Shown: positions 40,463-49,046, numbered from the stretch's first letter. The stretch: DNA of 64,000 nt from an uncultured SAR86 cluster bacterium (GCA_902632605.1 CACPDB010000001.1:246693-310692); one strand, 5' to 3'. Program-made: numbers and translations. Notes: generated from the sequence alone by a model not told the origin.

Positions 40463-41038
40463 TTAATTTAAATACTTTGTTGTATTTAAGATAAAAATTT
40501 CTTTAATTTGTTTTTCATTTAAGCCTTGAACAACTTTAAGTCTTAAGAAAAACATGAAAGACATACACTCAAATATAATTTCTCTTTCTGATTTATTTTT
40601 TTCTTGTATCTCGGGAAGAATGGAGTAAACAAAATTTCTTAAAATTTGATTCCAAGAAAACATGTTTTTTCTTAAATTTTTATCTCTCCAGATATTACGA
40701 AGATTCCATCGAATAATATTTTGATTTTTTAAGTAGAGTTTAATCAAAGTAGAAGAAACATTTTCAATTCTACTTTCTAAATCATCTAATTTATTAATTG
40801 AAGAAAAGGAGATATTAAATTCTTCTCCAAGTTTATGATCTAAACTTTCTTGAAGCGATTCTTGATCTTTGAAATGACGAAAAATTGTCCTTGTTCCTAT
40901 GTTTGCCTCTCTTGCAATAGAATTGAAAGACATTTTATCGATATTGCCTTTACGGGCTATTTTTATAGCAGTATTTAAAATGTGATCTGCAGTTGATTCA
41001 CTTCTTAATTTTCTTCCGTCCTTTTTCAATTTATTCAC
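40463..41038 (-). CDS. TetR/AcrR family regulator
   Basis: HTH 'SFNSIAREANIGTRTIFRHF'. Confidence 0.93.
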   Translation of the reverse strand: MNKLKKDGRKLRSESTADHILNTAIKIARKGNIDKMSFNSIAREANIGTRTIFRHFKDQESLQESLDHKLGEEFNISFSSINKLDDLESRIENVSSTLIKLYLKNQNIIRWNLRNIWRDKNLRKNMFSWNQILRNFVYSILPEIQEKNKSEREIIFECMSFMFFLRLKVVQGLNEKQIKEIFILNTTKYLN

Positions 41039-41043
41039 AGCAA

Positions 41044-41087
41044 TATGGCAGTAATACTGTCATAAGTTATTGACACTCATACTGTCA
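41044..41087. promoter_or_regulatory. Two tandem TetR-type operators, consensus TGACAGT-N3-ACTGTCA
   Basis: TATGGCAGTAATACTGTCATA (41044-41064) and TGACACTCATACTGTCA (41071-41087), centres 25 bp apart. Confidence 0.75.
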
Positions 41088-41098
41088 TATTCTATATT
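41070..41098 (+). promoter_or_regulatory. Sigma70 promoter of the exported dehalogenase-like gene
   Basis: TTGACA (41070-75), 17 bp spacer, TATATT (41093-98); AGGAGG RBS at 41118-23. Confidence 0.8.
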
Positions 41099-41131
41099 CA
41101 TTTGATAATTCAAATCAAGGAGGGACGGTAA

Positions 41132-42232
41132 GTGCGTTTAGAAATTAGCTTCTTACTAGTATTAACAATAAATTTTTGTCTTTCTGCAAATATATATGGC
41201 ACTGAAATAAAAGAGGGTATTTTACGAACTCCTGATGAAAGATTTGAAAATCTGAAAGACTATCCATTCAAACCCAATTACATGATGATTGATGGATTAC
41301 GTATTCACTATCTTGATGAAGGTCCAAAGGACGCTAATCCAATATTTCTTCTACACGGTGAACCCGCGTGGAGTTATTTATTTAGAAAAATGATACCTGT
41401 TCTAACTGCACAAGGTCACAGGGTGATTGTTCCAGACTGCGTTGGCTTTGGTAAGTCGGATAAGTTTGTTTCAAAATTCGACTATTCTTACAAACATCAC
41501 GTAGAAATAATGAAGGAATTGGTTCAAAAGCTAGATCTTCAGAATGCAACTTTTTTCGGTCAAGACTGGGGAGGCTTGGTTGGTTTGAGAGTTGTAGCGG
41601 AACTGCCAGACCGTTTTAGTCATGTAGTTGTATCAAATACAGGCATGGTTGCTAGATCTGGTATAACAGCATGGCTTTTTGAAAAATTTGTTCAATTTAG
41701 GGTTTGGTGGATTGGGCCAATTACATTTGAAGAATTAATGGAGAAAACCAAAGATGCATTAACAGTTGAAAATCCTTCTCCTTCAACAGGTATTTCAATG
41801 TTCAGCAATTGGATAGCTCATTCTTATTATGCAGAAGATATGGATATTGCTGGGATCATTAAAAATTTTGGCAGAATAGATTTATCAGAAGAAGAAGCTT
41901 ATGCCTATGAAGCTCCATATCCCTCAGGTTCATATAAAGCAGGAGCTCATGTTTGGCCTTATCTTATTCCAACTCAATTAGCTGAAAATGAAAAACTATG
42001 GAAAGAAGTATATGAAAAATGGGACAAACCTTTCTTAGTAGCTTTTGGAGAAAATGAAAGAATTACACTTCCTATGAAGGCTGACTTCTTGGAACGCATT
42101 CCTGATCCAACTGTTATAACTTTAGGAGGAGCAAGTCACTTTGTACAAGAAGAGGTTGGTCCTGAGCTCGCACAAATTATAAGTGATTTTATTCAAGGAA
42201 AGCCAGTAGAGGATTTACCATCTAAAAATTGA
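41132..42232 (+). CDS. Haloalkane dehalogenase family (HLD-I-like) with N-terminal signal-like extension
   Basis: 'LRTPDERF..L.DYPF', 'HGEPAWSY', 'GQDWGG', 'AYEAPYP', 'GASHFVQEE'. Confidence 0.88.
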   Translation: MRLEISFLLVLTINFCLSANIYGTEIKEGILRTPDERFENLKDYPFKPNYMMIDGLRIHYLDEGPKDANPIFLLHGEPAWSYLFRKMIPVLTAQGHRVIVPDCVGFGKSDKFVSKFDYSYKHHVEIMKELVQKLDLQNATFFGQDWGGLVGLRVVAELPDRFSHVVVSNTGMVARSGITAWLFEKFVQFRVWWIGPITFEELMEKTKDALTVENPSPSTGISMFSNWIAHSYYAEDMDIAGIIKNFGRIDLSEEEAYAYEAPYPSGSYKAGAHVWPYLIPTQLAENEKLWKEVYEKWDKPFLVAFGENERITLPMKADFLERIPDPTVITLGGASHFVQEEVGPELAQIISDFIQGKPVEDLPSKN

Positions 42233-42336
42233 AGTTTGCCATCAAGAGTTGAAAGCCGAGTGTTTAAAACGTCTTTTCTTTTATAAAAATGATGTAAATT
42301 TGGTAAGATATTTTTTTTAAATTTAGGAGTATCTTC

Positions 42337-43362
42337 ATGACAGATCCAATAAAACTTATAGGAAATGTTGCATCACCTTATACCAGGAAGATGATTGCAT
42401 ATCTAAGATATAAAAGAATTCCTTATGAAGTAATTTGGGGTCAACCAGAGGATGTCCTTAATAAGATGAACATTGAACCTCCAAAACCTATTCTTTTACC
42501 AGTTTTTATATTGAACCGAGACGGACAAGCTACTGCAGTGACCGACTCAACTCCGCTTATAAGAGAGTTTGAAGAAAAATACCCTGTAAGATCGGTGCTT
42601 CCCAAAGACCCTGCTCTAAACTTTATAAATTTTATCTTAGAAGACTTTGGCGACGAATGGTGTACAAAATTTATGTTTCACTACAGGTGGCATTTTGATG
42701 AAGATGCAGATAATGCAGGAACCATTTTGCCTTTAGGTATAAATAGTGCTTTAAAAGACGATGAGCTAGCTTTTTTTAAAGAGCATTTCGCAAAAAGGCA
42801 AATAGATAGATTGTGGGTAGTAGGTTCTAATAATGATACTGCTGAATTTATAGATAAAAGCTACAAAAATGTACTTTCAATTTTTGAAGAACACTTTAAA
42901 AAGTACCCATTCCTTCTTGGAAACTTCCCATCTTCATGTGATTTTGCAGTATATGGGCAATTTACTCAATTAGTAGGTTTTGATCCTACTCCCAGAAGAA
43001 TAGCACATGAAATTTCACCTAGAACAGTGGCATATGTGAACACACTTGATGATAGGGGAGGTTTAGATTATGTTGAGGAAAATAACTCTTTAGATTCTCT
43101 AAGCGACTCAATTCATGATCTTTTTAAGGAACTGGCTATCTCGTATGTTCCAACTATGATAAAAAATCATAAAGCCATCAAGGAAGGTGAAAAAGAATGG
43201 TCTGTAGATCTAGCAGGTTATCCTTGGAAACAGAAATCATTTCCATATCAAGCAAAGTGTCTTGATTGGATAAGAGATGAATTCAAAGATCTTAATAATG
43301 AAAATCAGGAAAAAGTATTAGGTTTTTTAACGGCAACTAATTGTCAATCTTTAGTGGAGTAA
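42337..43362 (+). CDS. Glutathione S-transferase family protein
   Basis: 'ASPYTRKMIAYLRYK', 'DSTPLI', 'PFLLG..PSSCDFAVYGQ'. Confidence 0.82.
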   Translation: MTDPIKLIGNVASPYTRKMIAYLRYKRIPYEVIWGQPEDVLNKMNIEPPKPILLPVFILNRDGQATAVTDSTPLIREFEEKYPVRSVLPKDPALNFINFILEDFGDEWCTKFMFHYRWHFDEDADNAGTILPLGINSALKDDELAFFKEHFAKRQIDRLWVVGSNNDTAEFIDKSYKNVLSIFEEHFKKYPFLLGNFPSSCDFAVYGQFTQLVGFDPTPRRIAHEISPRTVAYVNTLDDRGGLDYVEENNSLDSLSDSIHDLFKELAISYVPTMIKNHKAIKEGEKEWSVDLAGYPWKQKSFPYQAKCLDWIRDEFKDLNNENQEKVLGFLTATNCQSLVE

Positions 43363-43364
43363 AT

Positions 43365-44294
43365 ATGAATAGAATAACTGAAATGTTGGGTTGCAAATAT
43401 CCAATCATTCAATCACCAATGGGATGGATTGCTAGGAGTCAACTTGCTTCAGCTGTATCAAATGCCGGAGGTTTTGGGATTATTGAAACTTCATCTGGAG
43501 AAGTAGATCAGTGTAAAGATGAAATAAGAAAAATGGCTTCTCTTACAAATAGCCCATTTGGAGTAAATCTCCCAATTTTATTTCTTTCGGATGAAAGTAT
43601 GTTGGAAGTTGTAATAGAAGAAAATGTTAAATTTGTTACAACTTCTGCAGGAGATCCAGCGAAATATATTCATAATCTCAAAGAAGCAGATATCAAAGTA
43701 TTTCATGCAGTTCCAAGCTTAGCAGGAGCTCTTAAGGCAGTAGATGCCGGAGTAGATGGTCTGGTTGTTGAAGGAACAGAAGGAGGAGGTTTTAAAAGTC
43801 CTGAAGAAGTAGGTCTTCATGTTCTTATTCAATCTATTCGTAAGCATACTGATTTACCTATTGTGGCTGCTGGAGGTATTGTAGATGGAATTGGAATGGC
43901 AGCGGCTTTTGCAGCCGGCGCTGAAGGTATTCAAATGGGAACAAGATTTGTTTCATCCTCAGAAAGCCCAGTTCATGAAAATTTTAAAGGCGCAATCGTA
44001 AATGGTTCTGAACAAGGTACTTACATACTTAATAAAAAAGCAAAACCATGTATTAGAGCTTTAAAAACAGACTTTACTGATAAGATATATGAAAAAGGGC
44101 TGATGGATATGTCTGCTCTTAGTGGAATAAAAGATTTATATTTTGGTGGTGATATGAATGCAGCACCTGCCTTAGCAGGTCAGTCTATTGGCCTCATAAA
44201 TGAAGTCTTGCCAGTAGAACAAATCATCAAACAAACTATGCAAGAATTTAATTCTGTATGCGAGTCTTTATCCAACTCTAAATTTGAATTATGA
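43365..44294 (+). CDS. Nitronate monooxygenase/FabK-like FMN oxidoreductase
   Basis: 'YPIIQSPM', 'AVSNAGGFG', 'VAAGGIVDG', 'GIQMGTRF'. Start moved to ATG 43365 (GGAG RBS; track start 43341 overlaps the GST). Confidence 0.88.
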   Translation: MNRITEMLGCKYPIIQSPMGWIARSQLASAVSNAGGFGIIETSSGEVDQCKDEIRKMASLTNSPFGVNLPILFLSDESMLEVVIEENVKFVTTSAGDPAKYIHNLKEADIKVFHAVPSLAGALKAVDAGVDGLVVEGTEGGGFKSPEEVGLHVLIQSIRKHTDLPIVAAGGIVDGIGMAAAFAAGAEGIQMGTRFVSSSESPVHENFKGAIVNGSEQGTYILNKKAKPCIRALKTDFTDKIYEKGLMDMSALSGIKDLYFGGDMNAAPALAGQSIGLINEVLPVEQIIKQTMQEFNSVCESLSNSKFEL

Positions 44295-45376
44295 AAATTT
44301 TAAGAACTCCTGATACTGCTTTTGAGAATGTAAAAAATTATCCTTTCGAGCCACATTACACAATAATAAAAACTCATGATGGTTCTGATTTAAGAATTCA
44401 TCATATTGATGAAGGACCAAAGGATGGTCCGATTCTATTAGCTATGCATGGTCAGCCAGTTTGGAGTTATCTCTATAGTAGAATGATTCCTTTTTTGGTA
44501 GATGCAGGAATAAGAGTCATTGCTCCAGATTTACCTGGCTACGGAAAGTCAGATAAGCCTGCATCAAGAGAAGACTATTCTTATCAAAGACAAGTTGATT
44601 GGATGACTGATTGGCTCAAAGCAAATGACTTTAGAGATTTAACTTTTTTTGGTCAAGATTGGGGTGGTTTAATAGGGCTAAGAGTAGTTGCAAATGAACC
44701 AGAAAGATTTCTTAGAGTTGCTATGGGTAATACAGGTTTGCCATATAATCCAGACGCACCTCAAGATGTAATCGATAAAGTAAAAGCTTTCAGAGAAAGT
44801 AGCATTAAGCTAACACCTTTTTCTATGATGAAAGAAGTAAAAAAAATGGATGGGGATAATTTAGCTGGAAATGAATCGGAAAGTAGTCCTGCTTTAAAAT
44901 TTATGTACTGGCAAAAATTTTGTTGGGATACTCAAGATTTACCGATTGGTTTTCTAATGTCTGGTCAGATGGATAACAATTCTTCTACTAAGATGATAAT
45001 TTATTATTTTTTTACGAGGTTAGGGCTAAGAAAATTTTTCCCATTTAGAACTGATCTCGATGAAGCATATGAAGCTCCTTTTCCGAATCCATCTTTTAAA
45101 ATGGGACCAAGAGCCATGCCCAGTCACGTTCCTATTATTCCTGATCAATCTTTAGAAGCGGTCAGAAAAGCACGTGAGGTTTTTAAAAATTGGAATAAAC
45201 CTTTTCTAAGTGTTTTTGCAGGAGATGATCCAGTTACTAACGGAGCTGAACGAGATGTGTTAAATATGTGTCCAAATGCAAAAAGTGCACCCAATATTGG
45301 AGGAGGGCATTTTTTTCAATGGACAAGACCTAAGGAATTATCTAATTTGTTATCTGATTTTATTAACAAACCCTAA
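44291..45376 (+). CDS. Haloalkane dehalogenase family (HLD-I-like)
   Basis: 'LRTPDTAF', 'HGQPVWSY', 'GQDWGG', 'AGDDPVT', 'GGGHFFQ'. Confidence 0.9.
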   Translation: MKILRTPDTAFENVKNYPFEPHYTIIKTHDGSDLRIHHIDEGPKDGPILLAMHGQPVWSYLYSRMIPFLVDAGIRVIAPDLPGYGKSDKPASREDYSYQRQVDWMTDWLKANDFRDLTFFGQDWGGLIGLRVVANEPERFLRVAMGNTGLPYNPDAPQDVIDKVKAFRESSIKLTPFSMMKEVKKMDGDNLAGNESESSPALKFMYWQKFCWDTQDLPIGFLMSGQMDNNSSTKMIIYYFFTRLGLRKFFPFRTDLDEAYEAPFPNPSFKMGPRAMPSHVPIIPDQSLEAVRKAREVFKNWNKPFLSVFAGDDPVTNGAERDVLNMCPNAKSAPNIGGGHFFQWTRPKELSNLLSDFINKP

Positions 45377-45381
45377 TAACA

Positions 45382-45837
45382 ATGTTTCAAATGCTTTTTC
45401 CAAATTTAGCAGACAATAATTATCAAGGTTATAAATTAGTATTATATGTATTCATTCCATTTTTATTATTAATGACTTGGCGTTCCATAATTCATATGTC
45501 TTTTGAGGAGTTTGGACTACATGATATTGCAAATGTAAAAGTATTAACCGGTGATCCAGACCCTATGCCTTTGATATACGCCTTTTTTTCCGCATGGGGT
45601 TTAATTCAACTTATATTTTGTGCTTTTGCATGGATAGTCGTCATAAGATATAAATCCTTAATACCTCTAATAATTCTAGCTTTTTTAGTTGAGTGGTCCG
45701 TTAGAGTATTTAATTCAAGTCCAATTGTTAATGATCCGATTTATTCTGATGGAATAACACCTGGAATGGTTTATGCTCCTTACATGACCTTATTTTTACT
45801 CTTTTTATTCATTTTTTCCTTAGTAAAAAAAAATTGA
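45382..45837 (+). CDS. Hypothetical 4-TM membrane protein
   Basis: Four hydrophobic segments; 'AWGLIQL'. Confidence 0.7.
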   Translation: MFQMLFPNLADNNYQGYKLVLYVFIPFLLLMTWRSIIHMSFEEFGLHDIANVKVLTGDPDPMPLIYAFFSAWGLIQLIFCAFAWIVVIRYKSLIPLIILAFLVEWSVRVFNSSPIVNDPIYSDGITPGMVYAPYMTLFLLFLFIFSLVKKN

Positions 45838-45902
45838 CCTAATTTGATACAAAAATGCTATTTTTTGTCTTGTAATATTTAAAAATATTTTAGGAGAAAA
45901 CA

Positions 45903-46595
45903 ATGAAAAATATAAAAGTATCTTTATTAATTCTTTTAAGTTCAATATTTTCGCTAAATCTTAGTGCTGTTCCAGAGGGTGGGTTCACTACTTTAATGGT
46001 ACAAGCTAAAGATATTGATAAATATGTTGATTACTTAAAGAATAATATAAATTTTGAAAACTTCGATTCTGAACAAGCAGGCTATTGTAAAACAAGAACC
46101 GGAGAAAGTTATCAAGGTCAGATGTTTATTTACAATGCCTTTTCTAGTCTAGAGAAAGCCATGACTTTGATAGAAAACTACGATCCAACAAGTGCTAATT
46201 TTGATTTAGCTCAATTAAGAACAGTAAAATATTCAACAGCTTTTAAATCTCTAAAAGATTTTGAACCAAGGGATGGATATCACCGTTTGTGGAGAATTAA
46301 ATTAAATAACTGGCAATCTTTTTCAGACATGATGACTAAATTGCAAAAAGAACTAGAAGCAGACGGACATAACATGATGATAGGTGTATTTGCTCCAATG
46401 GGTGGCGGTTTTGCTGAAACCGGAATGTTTCATTTAAGAACTATAACTTCAACTGCAGCTGAAACTGGAAAAATCATTGATGAATATTTTAGGGGCGCAA
46501 GTTGGGCAAAAACTTGGGACGATGCTCAGCAATATGTAGACGAAGAAGTTGAAGAAACTTTCGAATATTGTGAAACAATTTATACGAGAAACTAA
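45903..46595 (+). CDS. Hypothetical secreted protein (possible tandem dimeric alpha+beta barrel)
   Basis: Signal peptide ending 'NLSA'; AGGAG RBS; two Cys; 'PMGGG'. Confidence 0.75.
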   Translation: MKNIKVSLLILLSSIFSLNLSAVPEGGFTTLMVQAKDIDKYVDYLKNNINFENFDSEQAGYCKTRTGESYQGQMFIYNAFSSLEKAMTLIENYDPTSANFDLAQLRTVKYSTAFKSLKDFEPRDGYHRLWRIKLNNWQSFSDMMTKLQKELEADGHNMMIGVFAPMGGGFAETGMFHLRTITSTAAETGKIIDEYFRGASWAKTWDDAQQYVDEEVEETFEYCETIYTRN

Positions 46596-46604
46596 AGGTA
46601 AGTT

Positions 46605-47336
46605 ATGAAAAAAAATCTAATATATTTAATCATATCGGGATTACTATCTTTTAACTTATTTTCTAGTGATAGCTCTTTAAGACCCGGAAGCGGAGTGTAT
46701 GAGTTTCATTTCTTTAACGTTACTAATCCAGAAGGATTTGTCTCAGCTATAGAGGCTTTTGATTCTTCATCATGTGCAGCCAAGTGGAGAAATGAATCTG
46801 GAGCAAATGTAGGTCTTTATTCTCGTATGGGAGGAGGGCATTCACATATCATTCTGGTTGCATATAAAAATTATGACATGATGCAATTAGGACAAAATAT
46901 CTTCGCCTCATGTTCTGCATCATCAGAAATGAATGTAGCTTTTGCAAATACATCAGTAAGTGAAGACTACTACAATTATGTCACTGAGCTTGTTTTAGAA
47001 GCTGGAGATTGGAGGTTAAACACTGTCTTCTCTAATATAGAAGTTAAGGTAAAAACTGGAAGTCAGCCATCTTATTTAGAAGCTTACAAACAATTAACTA
47101 ATTCTACAGGTGACGCTTTTGGATCTTACGGGATTAATAGAGTGGTATATGGTAATAAATATGTATCTCATATGTTGTATAACGGTTCTAATTCCATTCA
47201 AGAACTTAATGATGGATTAGATCAAGTTTATGCATCGAATGAGTTTAAAACTTTTAATAGAAAGGTAGGAAATATTCGTAAATTAGTTAATTCAACTCTA
47301 GCTCAGTTAGTAAAAGCTTATCCTGCTGAAAGATAG
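46605..47336 (+). CDS. Hypothetical secreted protein (possible tandem dimeric alpha+beta barrel)
   Basis: Signal peptide ending 'NLFS'; two Cys; 'RMGGG'. Confidence 0.75.
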   Translation: MKKNLIYLIISGLLSFNLFSSDSSLRPGSGVYEFHFFNVTNPEGFVSAIEAFDSSSCAAKWRNESGANVGLYSRMGGGHSHIILVAYKNYDMMQLGQNIFASCSASSEMNVAFANTSVSEDYYNYVTELVLEAGDWRLNTVFSNIEVKVKTGSQPSYLEAYKQLTNSTGDAFGSYGINRVVYGNKYVSHMLYNGSNSIQELNDGLDQVYASNEFKTFNRKVGNIRKLVNSTLAQLVKAYPAER

Positions 47337-47351
47337 TCTTTTTCATAAATT

Positions 47352-47378
47352 GAAAAGCCGCTTTTATAGCGGCTTTTC
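47352..47378. terminator. Intrinsic (bidirectional) terminator
   Basis: GAAAAGCCGC-TTTTATA-GCGGCTTTTC perfect stem with T/A tracts on both sides. Confidence 0.88.
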
Positions 47379-47519
47379 TTTGGTTTTTTTAAATAGGGAA
47401 GTCCTTAAATCCACATATTCCAATACTTATATATTCGTATAATATATATTATGTTAAATAAAGGAAGTCTTAATATATCTTCCTTAAAGGAAACCCCTTA
47501 AAAGAAAAACATCTAGTAT

Positions 47520-48071
47520 TTAGATTAAAACTAGGATTAGTGAATAAGTGCTTAGGACAAATACCCCAGAAATAGCCTGAACATTTCTATCTATCTCTAT
47601 AGTCTTTCCAAAAAAAGTATTCCTTATAGGAGGAACACCATTAATATCATTCAATTCCCCATCATAGAGTGGCATTGAAACCATTGTTAGTACAAAAGCT
47701 ATAACCCATAAATAAATAATACAAAATACGAGTCCTAAACTATATGAATCTCCAACCAACCATATTAGATATAAAGAAAGAAAAGAACTTAAAATCATAG
47801 CATTAACCTGCCAAACTAAATGAAATCTTGCATGCCCCGTCCATAAGGGATTTGTTGCATGAGATTCATTAAAATCAATAAGTGGCGTTATAAATGCAAA
47901 TCCAAATGATATGAGGGTCAACAATACCTTAGAGATAAAAATATATTCAATATTTGAAAAGAAAACTGCCCATATAGACCAAAGAACAAATAGTCCCATT
48001 ATTAGACCAAAACTCTGTTGAGCTTTTAGAGCAAAATTGAAAGCCTTGCTTCTCTGATTAGGATCAAACAT
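47520..48071 (-). CDS. Hypothetical membrane protein (DUF6640-like)
   Basis: Multi-TM; 'DFNESHATNPLWTGHARFHLVWQ'. Confidence 0.7.
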   Translation of the reverse strand: MFDPNQRSKAFNFALKAQQSFGLIMGLFVLWSIWAVFFSNIEYIFISKVLLTLISFGFAFITPLIDFNESHATNPLWTGHARFHLVWQVNAMILSSFLSLYLIWLVGDSYSLGLVFCIIYLWVIAFVLTMVSMPLYDGELNDINGVPPIRNTFFGKTIEIDRNVQAISGVFVLSTYSLILVLI

Positions 48072-48135
48072 TTTATTTTCTCAAATTGTTATTTCATTAA
48101 TGATATATTAAAAAAATCTTATAAGGAGAAAAACA

Positions 48136-48993
48136 ATGACAAAGAAATATAAGGAAATTTTGGGAAAACAGATGGCTTATCTTGATGAAGGCTCGGGACA
48201 ATCAATAGTTTTCCTCCATGGTAATCCAGCTTCATCTTTTTTATGGAGACACATTACTCCTTATGTTGAAGGTTTAGGAAGGATAGTCGTTCCTGATTTA
48301 ATAGGTATGGGAGATTCAGAAAAACTTGAGGGAGTAGATAATCCTGACTATAAGTATCATGGTCAATATAAGTATTTATCAACCCTATTAGACTCTTTGG
48401 ATTTGGGAAATGAAATTAACTTGGTTATACATGATTGGGGTTCAGCTATGGGCTTCCAATTCGCTAGAGAAAACTCAGAAAGAATTAAATCCATTTCGTT
48501 TATGGAAGCAATTGTCATGCCGCTTGCTTGGAATCAGTGGCCAGAAAATGCTAGAAACATTTTTCAACTTATGCGCTCTGATGCAGGAGAAGAAATAGTT
48601 CTCGAAAAAAACGTATTTGTAGAAAGAATTCTTTTGAATGACTCTGCTGATGGATTTAGTGAAGATGAAAGGGCTGAATATATTCGCCCTTTTAAGAATT
48701 CGGGAGAAGATAGACGCCCTACTCTTACTTGGCCAAGACAAATTCCACTGGACGGAGAACCAAAAGAGGTTGTTGATGAAGTTACGAAAAATGGTGAATT
48801 TCATAAAGACTCAAACATACCTAAACTTTTCATTAATGCTGATCCCGGAAGTATTCTTGTTGGCGAACAAAGGGATTTTGTTAGAAGCTGGAAAAATATA
48901 GAAGAAATAACTGTCAAAGGAAATCATTTTATTCAGGAACATTCTCCCAATGAAATTGGAGAAGCGATATTTAATTTTATCTCTAATATCTAA
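48136..48993 (+). CDS. Haloalkane dehalogenase (HLD-II, LinB/DhaA-like)
   Basis: 'HGNPASS', 'DLIGMGDSEKL', 'IHDWGSA', 'FMEAIV', 'RRPTLTWPRQIP', 'GNHFIQE'; all catalytic pentad positions present. Confidence 0.94.
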   Translation: MTKKYKEILGKQMAYLDEGSGQSIVFLHGNPASSFLWRHITPYVEGLGRIVVPDLIGMGDSEKLEGVDNPDYKYHGQYKYLSTLLDSLDLGNEINLVIHDWGSAMGFQFARENSERIKSISFMEAIVMPLAWNQWPENARNIFQLMRSDAGEEIVLEKNVFVERILLNDSADGFSEDERAEYIRPFKNSGEDRRPTLTWPRQIPLDGEPKEVVDEVTKNGEFHKDSNIPKLFINADPGSILVGEQRDFVRSWKNIEEITVKGNHFIQEHSPNEIGEAIFNFISNI

Positions 48994-49008
48994 AAGTCAT
49001 TACTTAAG

Positions 49009-49036
49009 AAAAACCCCCTTTATTTAGGGGGTTTTT
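49009..49036. terminator. Intrinsic bidirectional terminator
   Basis: AAAAACCCCCT-TTATTT-AGGGGGTTTTT between convergent genes. Confidence 0.9.
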
Positions 49037-49046
49037 AATCAGTTTT

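Noticed and set aside
43341-43364. TTG start for the NMO-like gene
   Set aside because: Overlaps the GST; ATG 43365 has a GGAG RBS.
47451-47501. 16-codon ORF MLNKGSLNISSLKETP
   Set aside because: Too short, no RBS, no features.
48136-48993. HLD-II as a Renilla-type luciferase
   Set aside because: Motifs (HGNP, RRPTLTWPRQIP, C-terminus) track LinB closely, and nothing supports luminescence.
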